A DNA stretch of 64,000 bases from SAR202 cluster bacterium AC-647-P02_OGT_505m (lineage in GTDB: Bacteria > Chloroflexota > Dehalococcoidia > Lucifugimonadales > UBA826), in NCBI GenBank assembly GCA_009391195.1, contig VEXB01000001.1, positions 20,398 to 84,397 on the forward strand, read 5' to 3'. The notes under the pieces are model-generated. The model was given only the letters and a program-made list of their open reading frames with translations, was not told the origin of the DNA and did no database searches. A program made the position numbers and the translations under genes. Below, in pieces: positions 20,399 through 29,316 of the stretch; position 1 is the first letter of the stretch; each line of letters begins with the position of its first letter.

Positions 20399-20553
20399 TG
20401 AATGTCCCCTTCGTTAGTCAGATTAAAAATCATGGGGAATCATAACGTAAAGCAATCTCAAATATCGGAAAGCGAAGTGGAGGACATTAACATGTCCGGT
20501 CGTATATACTTTCCCAGCCTAAGCTAGAGGCATATTAACGAAATAGGAAACGA

Positions 20554-21087
20554 GTGGAGGAAAAATCTATGGTCGACCAACAAGTACAGATCCTTAGACC
20601 AGAAACCCTAATCGATGAATTTAAGAAAAACGGGGTCACTCACATAATTACCATACCCGACAGTGAGACAAATTATCTTTATGAACTAATGGAACAGCAA
20701 GACTGGCTAGATGTAGTACCAGTTTCCCGTGAAGGGGAATCCATGGCTGTAGCCTTAGGCCTCAATGTTGCTGGTAAAGTTCCTGTCGTTTTGATTCAAA
20801 ACACGGGAATGATGGAATCCGGAGACTCTATAAGGGGTCAGGTTCTAGATGCCGGATTTCCTCTTTTAATGGTTGTTGGATACCGTGGATGGACTAGAAA
20901 AGGTCATACCCCAGATAGCGCGGCCACATATACGGAACCGTTTCTTAACGCCTTTAGACTTGATTACTATTTGGTCGAACATGATGATGATGGACCGAGA
21001 ATTACAGAGGCTTTTGAGGCCACTCGAAAAAGTAAAAGACCAGTTGTAGTACTAGTCGGTGATGAATATCATGGATTCAACAGGTAA
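20554..21087 (+). CDS. split ThDP-dependent 2-oxoacid decarboxylase, alpha subunit (sulfopyruvate ComD / phosphonopyruvate decarboxylase-like)
   Basis: 177 aa. Pyrimidine-binding domain only: IPDSETN..., catalytic Glu context VSREGESMAVALG, and IQNTGM. The size matches ComD. Confidence 0.72.
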   Translation: MEEKSMVDQQVQILRPETLIDEFKKNGVTHIITIPDSETNYLYELMEQQDWLDVVPVSREGESMAVALGLNVAGKVPVVLIQNTGMMESGDSIRGQVLDAGFPLLMVVGYRGWTRKGHTPDSAATYTEPFLNAFRLDYYLVEHDDDGPRITEAFEATRKSKRPVVVLVGDEYHGFNR

Positions 21088-21166
21088 CTTCTATATCAGA
21101 CCTGATTAGAGATACTTTGACCATAAGATCATAGGTGGGTTACAGCAATAAGATAGGAGAAGTTTA

Positions 21167-21751
21167 ATGATAGAAGCCAAGAAAGTTTATGAGGCTTTTC
21201 AAGAGCACAGAGGTGACGCAATTGTTTCTGTTCAAGGAACATCTGGGAAACACTGGGCTGATATAACCACAAATGTTAACAGGGACATATCCCTGGGCGG
21301 ATCAATGGGACAGTCTACTGCATCCATATTTGGATTAGCCTTAGGACTGCCAGAACAAAAAGTCGTGCATTTCGACACGGAGGGCGCATTACTCATGAAT
21401 TTGGGAGTGCTTGCCTCAATAGCTGGTAAAAAGCCAAACAACTTTGTCCATTTCCTATTGGACAATGGTTGTTATGCAACGACCGGTGGCCAACCTGTCC
21501 CAAACTCTGAAGACATCGATTACGCCATGGTGGCTAAAGGGGCAGGATATTCGGCGGCCTATAACTTCGATGACTTAGAGGAACTTTCCACGAGCCTTGA
21601 AGAAATAATGAACCAAAAAGGCCCTGTTTTCGTAGCGATAAAAGTACAGGCTGAAGTTGAAAACCTTCCAATTGGTATGAGAGAAAAGCGTGCCTCCAGA
21701 AGCCGAGCGCAAACGATCACTGATTTGAGATCGGAGCTGGGAATTTCTTAG
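21167..21751 (+). CDS. split ThDP-dependent 2-oxoacid decarboxylase, beta subunit (ComE / Ppd C-terminal-like)
   Basis: 194 aa. Diphosphate-binding domain GSMGQS...FDTEGALLMNLG...LLDNGCYATTGGQ, with TEG where ThDP enzymes carry GDG. Confidence 0.72.
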   Translation: MIEAKKVYEAFQEHRGDAIVSVQGTSGKHWADITTNVNRDISLGGSMGQSTASIFGLALGLPEQKVVHFDTEGALLMNLGVLASIAGKKPNNFVHFLLDNGCYATTGGQPVPNSEDIDYAMVAKGAGYSAAYNFDDLEELSTSLEEIMNQKGPVFVAIKVQAEVENLPIGMREKRASRSRAQTITDLRSELGIS

Positions 21752-22149
21752 ACGTTTCTATAGTCAGGGTTATCTAGAGGAACCCGAAGCCACGAAACGA
21801 TTTTTCGCAAGGAATGATACGCTTCCAAACGGGCCTCAGAGGTGTCGTCTTGTTCTGCTTGCTCCAATATATCGGACATTTTGTTCACCATGTTAGGGCC
21901 GGTTTCCAGCAGGGCGTCACTTCCAGAGGCGGCCCATTTGCAAAGCACATACCTTATGATCGCTCCTTCTGGTATGTTTAGATTTCTACTAATCCTTGAC
22001 ACTGTAGGCATTGGATTCTCTTGTGTGTATAAAACAACGTCCCGTTTAAAATTAGCATCTTTATCTGAGGGATCATCATCCCAAATATATTTTTCCAGAA
22101 CTACATGAGGTTTTTGACCATCTGAATTCTTTTGCAATGTTTTCTCCAC
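21748..22149 (-). CDS. hypothetical protein (133 aa), possible HTH segment
   Basis: It lies 13 nt downstream of the NPP-family gene on the same strand. VSRISRNLNIPEGAIIRYV looks helix-turn-helix-like. No family recognised. Confidence 0.55.
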   Translation of the reverse strand: MEKTLQKNSDGQKPHVVLEKYIWDDDPSDKDANFKRDVVLYTQENPMPTVSRISRNLNIPEGAIIRYVLCKWAASGSDALLETGPNMVNKMSDILEQAEQDDTSEARLEAYHSLRKIVSWLRVPLDNPDYRNV

Positions 22150-22162
22150 ATAAAGTTTTTAG

Positions 22163-23626
22163 TTATAAATCAGAATCTCTACAGCCATTTCCCTCGTCAA
22201 GATAAACAGAAGAACCTACTTTAGAAATTGCTATTTCCTGGGTATAGGTAGTTTCTTTTCCATCCACTTCTAATGTGCGTGAAGCGACATGATTCTCACT
22301 ATTTGCTACGACAGGGTCATTATATTGACAATATCCCTCTTTTAAAATTCTCCCAGATATATTAGCCGGTACGGGAAGTCCCAACAGATCTAGAGCGGTC
22401 GGCATGACATCTATATTCCCTGTAGGTGAAATAAGTCGTGCGCCAGTTTTGAACGCAGGTCCAGAGCATATCAAAGTGTTATTCATCTCATATCTGCTCA
22501 TCGATCCATGCTGCCCTTGTCCTCCAATACCACCTGTCGAAAATACGAAACCAGGAAACCCATTTTCGTTGGAATCAGAAGTCCACTTGAATGACACTGT
22601 TATATCGGGAGACCTTGGACCATCACAGCCAATCAGACTCAAAGGCAAAGTTCCTTCGATCTTGCCAACTCTGTCTGAGGTTAAAACAGTCCCACACCAA
22701 GATTGAGAGGTAATCCATTCAACAAGCCTTTCAGAGACACCTGAATCCGAATTACCTACATATAGAAGTGCAGAACCTCCATTTGGAGCCACTAAAACTT
22801 CTCCATTACGGCTCCCAAGAATAAAACCAGCACCCTCTAATTGATTCTCAAGGTCAACACTATCGATGATCGTTGAATATCCATGATCAGACACAATCAT
22901 GAGATTAGTTTCATCTTCCATGGAATGGGATTTTATGAATTGCACCAGTCTTCCAAACTGCTCATCAGATTCCCTCAAAGCTTGATTGGACTCCTCCGCA
23001 CCTACCCCATACATATGCTGGGACTTATCTGGTTCTGAGGACCATATAAGAGCAATTTCTGGCGATATGTCACCTAGGACATACTCCAAAAATATGTTCA
23101 TTGCACGTTCATACCGCGGCAGATTTGGTAAAGTTTCAGCTGGCCATTCTCCAAACGTGTTTTCAATATAATCCTGAATTGCAGATGGGATTGTGAATTC
23201 TGGATGAATAGTCGCTCCTCCGTGAGTTTCGGCAAGCGGATTATGGGCATAGGCATTCCCGCTAGTCCCAACCCCTAAGGCAACATAATTCATGTCATGT
23301 GGACTAAGTATTTCTTGAAGCGTAGTAGCATTCAATACCCTCAATCCTGTTTTTGCAATTGAAGCCATTTCAGTGTTTAGTGCGGATATCACCCTTGTTG
23401 CATCATAATCCCTCGCAACAAACGAATTTCCCGCCAACCCATGTAGACCTGGCGTCACCCCTGTAACCATAGATGCAGCATTTATTCGAGTAACAGATGG
23501 AAACACGGGATGATGATTCTCAAAAAAAACTCCTCTTTCCGCGACACCATATATATTCGGAGCTAATTCGGGAGAAACTTGAGCAGGCTGAAGACCATCG
23601 AAAACGGCTATTATTAGTTTAGTCAC
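22163..23626 (-). CDS. alkaline-phosphatase superfamily protein, nucleotide pyrophosphatase/phosphodiesterase (NPP) / PhnA-like
   Basis: 487 aa. Nucleophile-Thr context FPSVTRINAASMVTG. Metal site MIVSDHGYS. No signal peptide. Confidence 0.78.
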   Translation of the reverse strand: MTKLIIAVFDGLQPAQVSPELAPNIYGVAERGVFFENHHPVFPSVTRINAASMVTGVTPGLHGLAGNSFVARDYDATRVISALNTEMASIAKTGLRVLNATTLQEILSPHDMNYVALGVGTSGNAYAHNPLAETHGGATIHPEFTIPSAIQDYIENTFGEWPAETLPNLPRYERAMNIFLEYVLGDISPEIALIWSSEPDKSQHMYGVGAEESNQALRESDEQFGRLVQFIKSHSMEDETNLMIVSDHGYSTIIDSVDLENQLEGAGFILGSRNGEVLVAPNGGSALLYVGNSDSGVSERLVEWITSQSWCGTVLTSDRVGKIEGTLPLSLIGCDGPRSPDITVSFKWTSDSNENGFPGFVFSTGGIGGQGQHGSMSRYEMNNTLICSGPAFKTGARLISPTGNIDVMPTALDLLGLPVPANISGRILKEGYCQYNDPVVANSENHVASRTLEVDGKETTYTQEIAISKVGSSVYLDEGNGCRDSDL

Positions 23627-23771
23627 TCCACATACTCCCCAGTTAACTTAAGATGTCCTCACAGTTTACACAGAAAATTGCACTGAGGAATACAATCAGA
23701 ATATACATCGACGACTCATCATATAATTCAATCATTCTGCTAGACTTCAACTTTCTATGTAGGGGGAATAT

Positions 23772-24635
23772 GTGCAAATGCTAGACAGTGAAAAGAGAGA
23801 AATATTTAGAAAAGTACTGCAGGGTGAAGAATGTTTATTCCCTGGTTCAGTGTATGACGCGGTTTCAGCTCGTCTGGCCACCGAGGTCGGTTTTGAAATA
23901 GGTATGTTCGCAGGCTCGATCGGTTCCTCCGTAGTTTTAGGAGCACCTGACTACATAGTACTGACACTAACCGAATTTGCAGATCAAGCTCGAAGAATCT
24001 GTAGGAATACCGACCTGCCCTTACTAGTGGACGCAGACCACGGCTACGGCAATGCTCTTAACGTCAAGAGAACCGTTGAGGAATTGGAAAACGCAGGAGT
24101 AGCAGCACTAACGATTGAGGACACTGATCTTCCTCGTCCGTATGGAACTCAAAAACCAACGCTTATTTCAATTGATGAGGGTATCGGAAAAATGAAAGCT
24201 GCTCTTGAAGGGAGGTCAGATTCTTCACTGATCATTGCTGGAAGATCAAGCGCTTTTAGCGTAACCAGTATCGAAGATGCCGTAGAAAGGGCAAAACAAT
24301 ACGAAAGCGCAGGGGTTGATGCCATGTTCTTTGCAGGCATATCAACCAGAGAAGAATTATCAGCAGCAAGAGATGCTATATCGATACCAATCATGCTGGG
24401 AAGCGTGTCAAAGGAACTTGAAGATAAAGATTTTCTCTCGTCGATGGGAGTAAAGGTGGCTCTTCAGGGCCATCTTCCCTATATGGCTGGAGTGAAGGCA
24501 GTTTACGAAGTGATGAAAGCTCTCAGAAGCGGCACTAAACCTTCCGAATTAGGTGGAGCCTCACAGTATTCAGACCTTATTAGTCGCGTGACAAGAGAAA
24601 ATGAACACGATGGTTGGATAGACAAATATCTTTAA
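23772..24635 (+). CDS. isocitrate lyase / PEP mutase superfamily protein, PA4872-type oxaloacetate decarboxylase-like
   Basis: 287 aa. LLVDADHGYGNALNV and AALTIEDTDLP motifs. It lacks the EDK(X5)NS signature of true PEP mutases. The start is GTG 23772 or ATG 23778. Confidence 0.78.
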   Translation: MQMLDSEKREIFRKVLQGEECLFPGSVYDAVSARLATEVGFEIGMFAGSIGSSVVLGAPDYIVLTLTEFADQARRICRNTDLPLLVDADHGYGNALNVKRTVEELENAGVAALTIEDTDLPRPYGTQKPTLISIDEGIGKMKAALEGRSDSSLIIAGRSSAFSVTSIEDAVERAKQYESAGVDAMFFAGISTREELSAARDAISIPIMLGSVSKELEDKDFLSSMGVKVALQGHLPYMAGVKAVYEVMKALRSGTKPSELGGASQYSDLISRVTRENEHDGWIDKYL

Positions 24636-24641
24636 GTTTCC

Positions 24642-25682
24642 TCATGAAATCAGAGGTCTTACTTTCTCGTCAAAAAGCCGCATCGATTTGAGAATTTCTT
24701 CCTGAGGCAATCCAGCCATAGCGAAGTTAGTCCCGAAATATTCGATTCCTTCTGACTTGAGAGCCAAAATTTTCTGAGCAACATGTTCAGGTGTCCCTAT
24801 AAAGGCTCGATTGTCTCTTATATATTCGTAACTAGGAGGCAATTCGGTTCTCTCACTACGCCAATCGCTGATGGATCTATCCACCTCAGTATGATCCACC
24901 AGAAACCGTCTCCACTGCATTATGTCCTGAATCCATTCAATATGTTGCCTAGTGTTTGCAATGGCATTTTCCTCAGTTTCAGATACATGGACATATCGAA
25001 AAAAAGGCACTTCATTCAGTTGTGGGAAGCTGCCGAGATCTGCACATAGCTTCTTATATCTCGATACCAATTCGAGAGCTTGGCTGGTATCTTGAACGAC
25101 TGCAATACAAAGTAAAAATTCATTTTCTACAAGAAATCTCAATGTTTCAGGAGAGCGGGATGCGGCAATATAAACCGGAGGATGAGGATTTTGAACAGGT
25201 GAAGGAACCAAATCAATATTCCTCAAGGAGTAAAAGTCTCCATCAAGAGAAACTGGTCGTCTGGTCCACATTCTCTGCACTGACAAGACAGATTCTCTAA
25301 ATCTTTGCTGACTGTCTTCCTCTGGAATACCAAATCCACCATACTCGTAACTGTAAACCCCCCTTCCAAATCCAACATCTAACCTGCCACCGCTCAGAAC
25401 GTCCACTGTAGCGGTATCTTCAGCAATGCGGATGGGATTATGCAGAACTGGAACAATCACACCTGTTCCTAAACGGATTTTTTTAGTTGCCGCCGCCATA
25501 TGTCCCAATATCGCACTCAGTGAAGAGCCCATGCTATAACGCGTGAAGTGATGTTCGGCAAACCACGCTGAATGATATCCACTGGCCTCAGCCAGCTGCA
25601 CCTGTTCCACAGCACCATGAAATACTTCCTGTTGGGAAATATTTTCAGGCCAGGAAAGATGTGTGAAAAGTGCTAATTTCAT
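24642..25682 (-). CDS. luciferase-like (LLM class) flavin-dependent monooxygenase/oxidoreductase
   Basis: 346 aa. TIM-barrel LLM pattern (WFAEHHF, RLGTGV, GRLDVGFGRG). Confidence 0.85.
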   Translation of the reverse strand: MKLALFTHLSWPENISQQEVFHGAVEQVQLAEASGYHSAWFAEHHFTRYSMGSSLSAILGHMAAATKKIRLGTGVIVPVLHNPIRIAEDTATVDVLSGGRLDVGFGRGVYSYEYGGFGIPEEDSQQRFRESVLSVQRMWTRRPVSLDGDFYSLRNIDLVPSPVQNPHPPVYIAASRSPETLRFLVENEFLLCIAVVQDTSQALELVSRYKKLCADLGSFPQLNEVPFFRYVHVSETEENAIANTRQHIEWIQDIMQWRRFLVDHTEVDRSISDWRSERTELPPSYEYIRDNRAFIGTPEHVAQKILALKSEGIEYFGTNFAMAGLPQEEILKSMRLFDEKVRPLIS

Positions 25683-25688
25683 TCGATA

Positions 25689-26744
25689 CTAGGCAATTTC
25701 CGAATCTACAGATCTAACAAGTTCCATCAATTTGCCTAAAGAATCCAATTTTTCCGATAGGGTTTCTCCAGGCAAATCTACCTTTAGAGAGCTTATCCCG
25801 AGGTCTCTGTACAAACGTATTCGATCTTTAACCATTCCACTGGTGCCTATCAAGTTGGACTTCAAAGCAAGTTCTAGCGGTACTTCTTCCCTCGCTTCTT
25901 CTCTTTTTCCCTCTTTCCATAGTTTCTGAACCTTATTTACAGCTTCTCCGTAACCCTGCCTGACATAGGCATCCTTGTAAAAATTATTTTTTATTGAGCC
26001 CATTGCACCAAATGTGAACCCATATCCTCTAGCATGTCGCTTTCCAGCCTCATACACATCATCTGTAAACTCCAAGGAAAGAGGAATCATCATTTCAATT
26101 GAAGTGAAATCCTTTCCTGCTTTTTCAGCTCCAGCTTTAATCCTGTCGATAAATATATCTCCAGTTTCTGGAATAAAAGAGCCTCCCAACCAGCCGTCGG
26201 CGACAGCCCCTGTCATTTCAAGATTAGAAGGACCGAGAGAGGCTACCCATACGGGCACATCACAAGGTGGTGCACTACTTCTTATAGCTTTCCCCTCACC
26301 TCCAGGAAGAGGCAAAATATATTCTTTGCCCTTGTAGGATAGCTCATCCCCAGCAACACCTTTCTTAACAATTTCGATAATTTCCTTAGTTCTTGTCACA
26401 GGGTTACGAAATCGTACTCCGTGCCAACCTTCCATAATCTGCGGACCACTGGTTCCAAGCCCCAGAATGAATCTTCCACCAGAAAGTGACTGCATGGTGA
26501 GAGCAGTCATTATAAGATTCCCAGGGGTTCTGCTACCAACCTGAAGAATACCTGTACCTAGTCTAATCTTAGAAGTTTTGGCGGCGAGATAGGCGAGAGG
26601 GGAAATAGCATCAGTCCCCCAAGCCTCTGAGGTCCATATTGAATCTACACCGAGATTCTCAGCCTCCCTTGCGAAATCCGCTACTGGCTTCCATTCGGAA
26701 ACATCCGACCTAACTCCTGAAAAGGACCGAATAGCTATTTCCAC
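25689..26744 (-). CDS. luciferase-like (LLM class) oxidoreductase, possibly F420/FMN dependent
   Basis: 351 aa. LLM pattern (WTSEAWG, RLGTGILQV, GRFILGLGTSGP). It lies 6 nt upstream of the next LLM gene. Confidence 0.85.
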   Translation of the reverse strand: MEIAIRSFSGVRSDVSEWKPVADFAREAENLGVDSIWTSEAWGTDAISPLAYLAAKTSKIRLGTGILQVGSRTPGNLIMTALTMQSLSGGRFILGLGTSGPQIMEGWHGVRFRNPVTRTKEIIEIVKKGVAGDELSYKGKEYILPLPGGEGKAIRSSAPPCDVPVWVASLGPSNLEMTGAVADGWLGGSFIPETGDIFIDRIKAGAEKAGKDFTSIEMMIPLSLEFTDDVYEAGKRHARGYGFTFGAMGSIKNNFYKDAYVRQGYGEAVNKVQKLWKEGKREEAREEVPLELALKSNLIGTSGMVKDRIRLYRDLGISSLKVDLPGETLSEKLDSLGKLMELVRSVDSEIA

Positions 26745-26765
26745 ACTCTAACTCCGTTATTGATA

Positions 26766-27287
26766 TCAGACCCCATCTGGATATTCGGGATGTTGTTTAC
26801 ATGCGGTAATCTGGCCGACATGGTCCAAGTCATGAACTCTTTGGAACATATACCAAGCACCTGAATTCAGTTCTCCAAAAAAACTGTGACTTGAAGTCAA
26901 TGATTTACCTGAACCCTTAGGAAGCCTTGATGTCATTACAGCCCAATTTATGGCACCTTCCGTTATTTTTTCAATAAGTATATTGATACCTGCGTCAGCA
27001 GGCTCTCTCGGAGGCTCAACTCCTTCTGTATCTGGGATTTTTCCATTAGCTAGAAGTTCCACCACTTCCGTCACTCTGGCTGTGCTTGCGATAACATGAT
27101 GCAACACCTCAGCTATAGTCCATTCGTCCTTATCAAAACTAAAATCAGCCTGCTCTTGCGTTAAACCTTGAATCTCATCAATCATCTGGAGGCGAGCTGA
27201 GACTGCCCTTGGCCATAGCTCGTCAAAAGAATATTTACTCCCTTGCCCCATCAAATAATTTTGAATTCTCTTTTGTTCTGGTGTCAT
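26766..27287 (-). CDS. DinB-superfamily protein
   Basis: His triad context WTIAEVLHHV and RVHDLDHVGQI. The ORF track extends it to 27638, but that part overlaps the upstream MFS gene. ATG 27287 is preceded by AGGAGA. Confidence 0.7.
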   Translation of the reverse strand: MTPEQKRIQNYLMGQGSKYSFDELWPRAVSARLQMIDEIQGLTQEQADFSFDKDEWTIAEVLHHVIASTARVTEVVELLANGKIPDTEGVEPPREPADAGINILIEKITEGAINWAVMTSRLPKGSGKSLTSSHSFFGELNSGAWYMFQRVHDLDHVGQITACKQHPEYPDGV

Positions 27288-27301
27288 AGAAACACTGTCT
27301 C

Positions 27302-28543
27302 CTACTCCATAAAGCGTTGGCGAGAGAACATAACTGGCCAAAAGCAAAGTGACAGCAACAATAGCACTATTCCAATAACTCCATTCAGAACTAGGGCGAC
27401 AAAAATACCGAAATCTTCCGCCACATAACCCGATAAAAGTAATCCCAACGGCAATCCATATACAGCCAGCTGCCTGAGACCAAGAATTCTCCCCCGCATT
27501 TCGGGAGATGTATATCTGAGAATCATCATAGCCATAGTGACCATCGAAAACGATTGAGCGCAACCAACCAGTATTAGAAGGGGTATGGATGGATAAAACC
27601 ACTCCATAAATGCCATCGCAATTATCCCTATGTGCCAAAACACTGAACCTATAAACATGATCTTTCCAGCAGATCCCAAGCTAGGTAGAGAGCCTATCAA
27701 GAGAGATCCTAGTAGGGAGCCAAATGAATAAGCCCCCACAAGCCAGCCAAGCTCGTATGCTCCCACTCTCATAACATCCTTCGCTGAAACCGCTAGTAGA
27801 GTCTGGTTCAAGGGAAAAGCAGTTAGGTTAACTACAAAAGCCACGACCAATAACCCCACCAAAAGCCTCTCTGACTTTACGTAGCGAAATCCCTCGAAAA
27901 GATTCTTCAAGACAGAGCTAGAAACAGTTGAATAAGAACTCACTATTGCTCCCGGCAATCCTTTAACCAAAAACACCAGTAGTAACGATAGTGAATAAAG
28001 TAAAACTACAAGAATATAGCTGAGTCCAATTCCGGCGACCTCCATAAGTATTCCGCCACAAACTGGGCCTATTATCTGAGTTACATCTCTACCTGTCCTC
28101 GATAAAGCAACTCCATTCGACAGTCTTGATTCCCCAACTACGTCCGGTAATACAGACTGACGGACTATATTATCCATTGTGCGAGAGAATCCCACAAAAG
28201 CAGCGAGCAACAGAACCGCAAAAATGTTCAACATGCTCATAAATGATAAAACCAAAATAGTTGATGAAAGCACAACGAATGATGCTCTGCTCATAAGAAA
28301 GATAAGCCTTCGACCAAATCTATCTACAACTACTCCGAAAAATGGTGCCGCTAGAGTTCCCGTAAATCTCAAAGCTGCAAATATACCTAATATCAAAGGA
28401 GATTCTGTTTGCTCAAGTACAAACCAAGACAGAATTATTATCTCCATGAATTCCGCCCAGTTTAATGCGACATCGGCTGACCACATCAATCGAAAACCGG
28501 AAACCGAAAATGAAGAAAAAGTCCTGCTCGCCACTTCTCTCAT
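27302..28543 (-). CDS. MFS transporter
   Basis: 413 aa with a 12-TM profile. Motif A-like VVVDRFGRRLIF. Confidence 0.85.
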   Translation of the reverse strand: MREVASRTFSSFSVSGFRLMWSADVALNWAEFMEIIILSWFVLEQTESPLILGIFAALRFTGTLAAPFFGVVVDRFGRRLIFLMSRASFVVLSSTILVLSFMSMLNIFAVLLLAAFVGFSRTMDNIVRQSVLPDVVGESRLSNGVALSRTGRDVTQIIGPVCGGILMEVAGIGLSYILVVLLYSLSLLLVFLVKGLPGAIVSSYSTVSSSVLKNLFEGFRYVKSERLLVGLLVVAFVVNLTAFPLNQTLLAVSAKDVMRVGAYELGWLVGAYSFGSLLGSLLIGSLPSLGSAGKIMFIGSVFWHIGIIAMAFMEWFYPSIPLLILVGCAQSFSMVTMAMMILRYTSPEMRGRILGLRQLAVYGLPLGLLLSGYVAEDFGIFVALVLNGVIGIVLLLLSLCFWPVMFSRQRFME

Positions 28544-28724
28544 TAAAAAAATCTCATAAAGAAATAAAGCTGACTGTCACATATACAAAGCATCAGAAGA
28601 TGGTACAGCATTCTCGAAAATACAATGAATAATGGTGAAATCAACCACACATATCTGTCGAGTTGTATAATTTCGACCTGGATATAACTGTTTTATCATT
28701 GAAGACACGAATTGAGGAGGGGAA

Positions 28725-29273
28725 ATGTCAAACACAGAAACGGCGACACTTGCAGGTGGCTGCTTTTGGTGTGTCGAAGCAGTATTTGAGCTCGTTGACG
28801 GGGTAGTGAAGGTAACTTCAGGCTATACAGGAGGACATACCACTGATCCAGACTATGCCTCAGTATGTTCCGAAACAACAGGACATGCAGAAGCAGTCAA
28901 TGTTGAATTTGAAACTTCAAAGCTAGACTATCAAACGGTATTGGAAATATTCTTCGCTTACCACGATCCAACCACCCTAAATAGGCAGGGAAACGACATA
29001 GGTAGCTCATATAGATCTGCGATTTATTACCATTCAGACATCCAAAAAACGACTGCAGAAAGCCTTATATCAGATCTAGAAACAAACCAGGTTTTTCCAG
29101 ATCCTATCGTGACTGAGGTCTGTGAACTTGATGTCTTTTATGAAGCAGAGGACTACCACCAGTCTTTCTTTAAAAACAATCCATATCAACCATATTGCCA
29201 ATTCATCATCGCACCCAAAGTAATGAAATTGAGAGAGAAGCACTCATCTATTCTGAAACAAGAAGTCCACTAA
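28725..29273 (+). CDS. msrA: peptide-methionine (S)-S-oxide reductase
   Basis: GGCFWCVEAVF active-site motif. 182 aa. GAGGAGG SD upstream. Confidence 0.92.
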   Translation: MSNTETATLAGGCFWCVEAVFELVDGVVKVTSGYTGGHTTDPDYASVCSETTGHAEAVNVEFETSKLDYQTVLEIFFAYHDPTTLNRQGNDIGSSYRSAIYYHSDIQKTTAESLISDLETNQVFPDPIVTEVCELDVFYEAEDYHQSFFKNNPYQPYCQFIIAPKVMKLREKHSSILKQEVH

Positions 29274-29316
29274 CTAATATTTTTATAAACTAAGGAACCC
29301 CGTTAACAAAATATAT

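Noticed and set aside
23772-24635. PEP mutase (phosphonate biosynthesis) call for the ICL/PEPM-superfamily protein
   Set aside because: The diagnostic EDK(X5)NS motif is absent, since the sequence reads EDTDLPRPYG. Its length and motifs look more like PA4872-type oxaloacetate decarboxylase.
27288-27638. N-terminal 117 codons of ORF 26766..27638
   Set aside because: This part overlaps the 3' end of the MFS gene 27302..28543 in another frame. The DinB domain begins after an internal ATG (27287) that has its own SD, so the extension is treated as spurious.
28679-28697. A TATAAT box embedded in the GTCGA..TCGAC inverted repeat upstream of msrA
   Set aside because: It has a plausible -10 but no acceptable -35 at 16 to 18 nt, and the TG lies directly adjacent rather than in the extended -10 position. 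That is not enough to call a promoter or operator.
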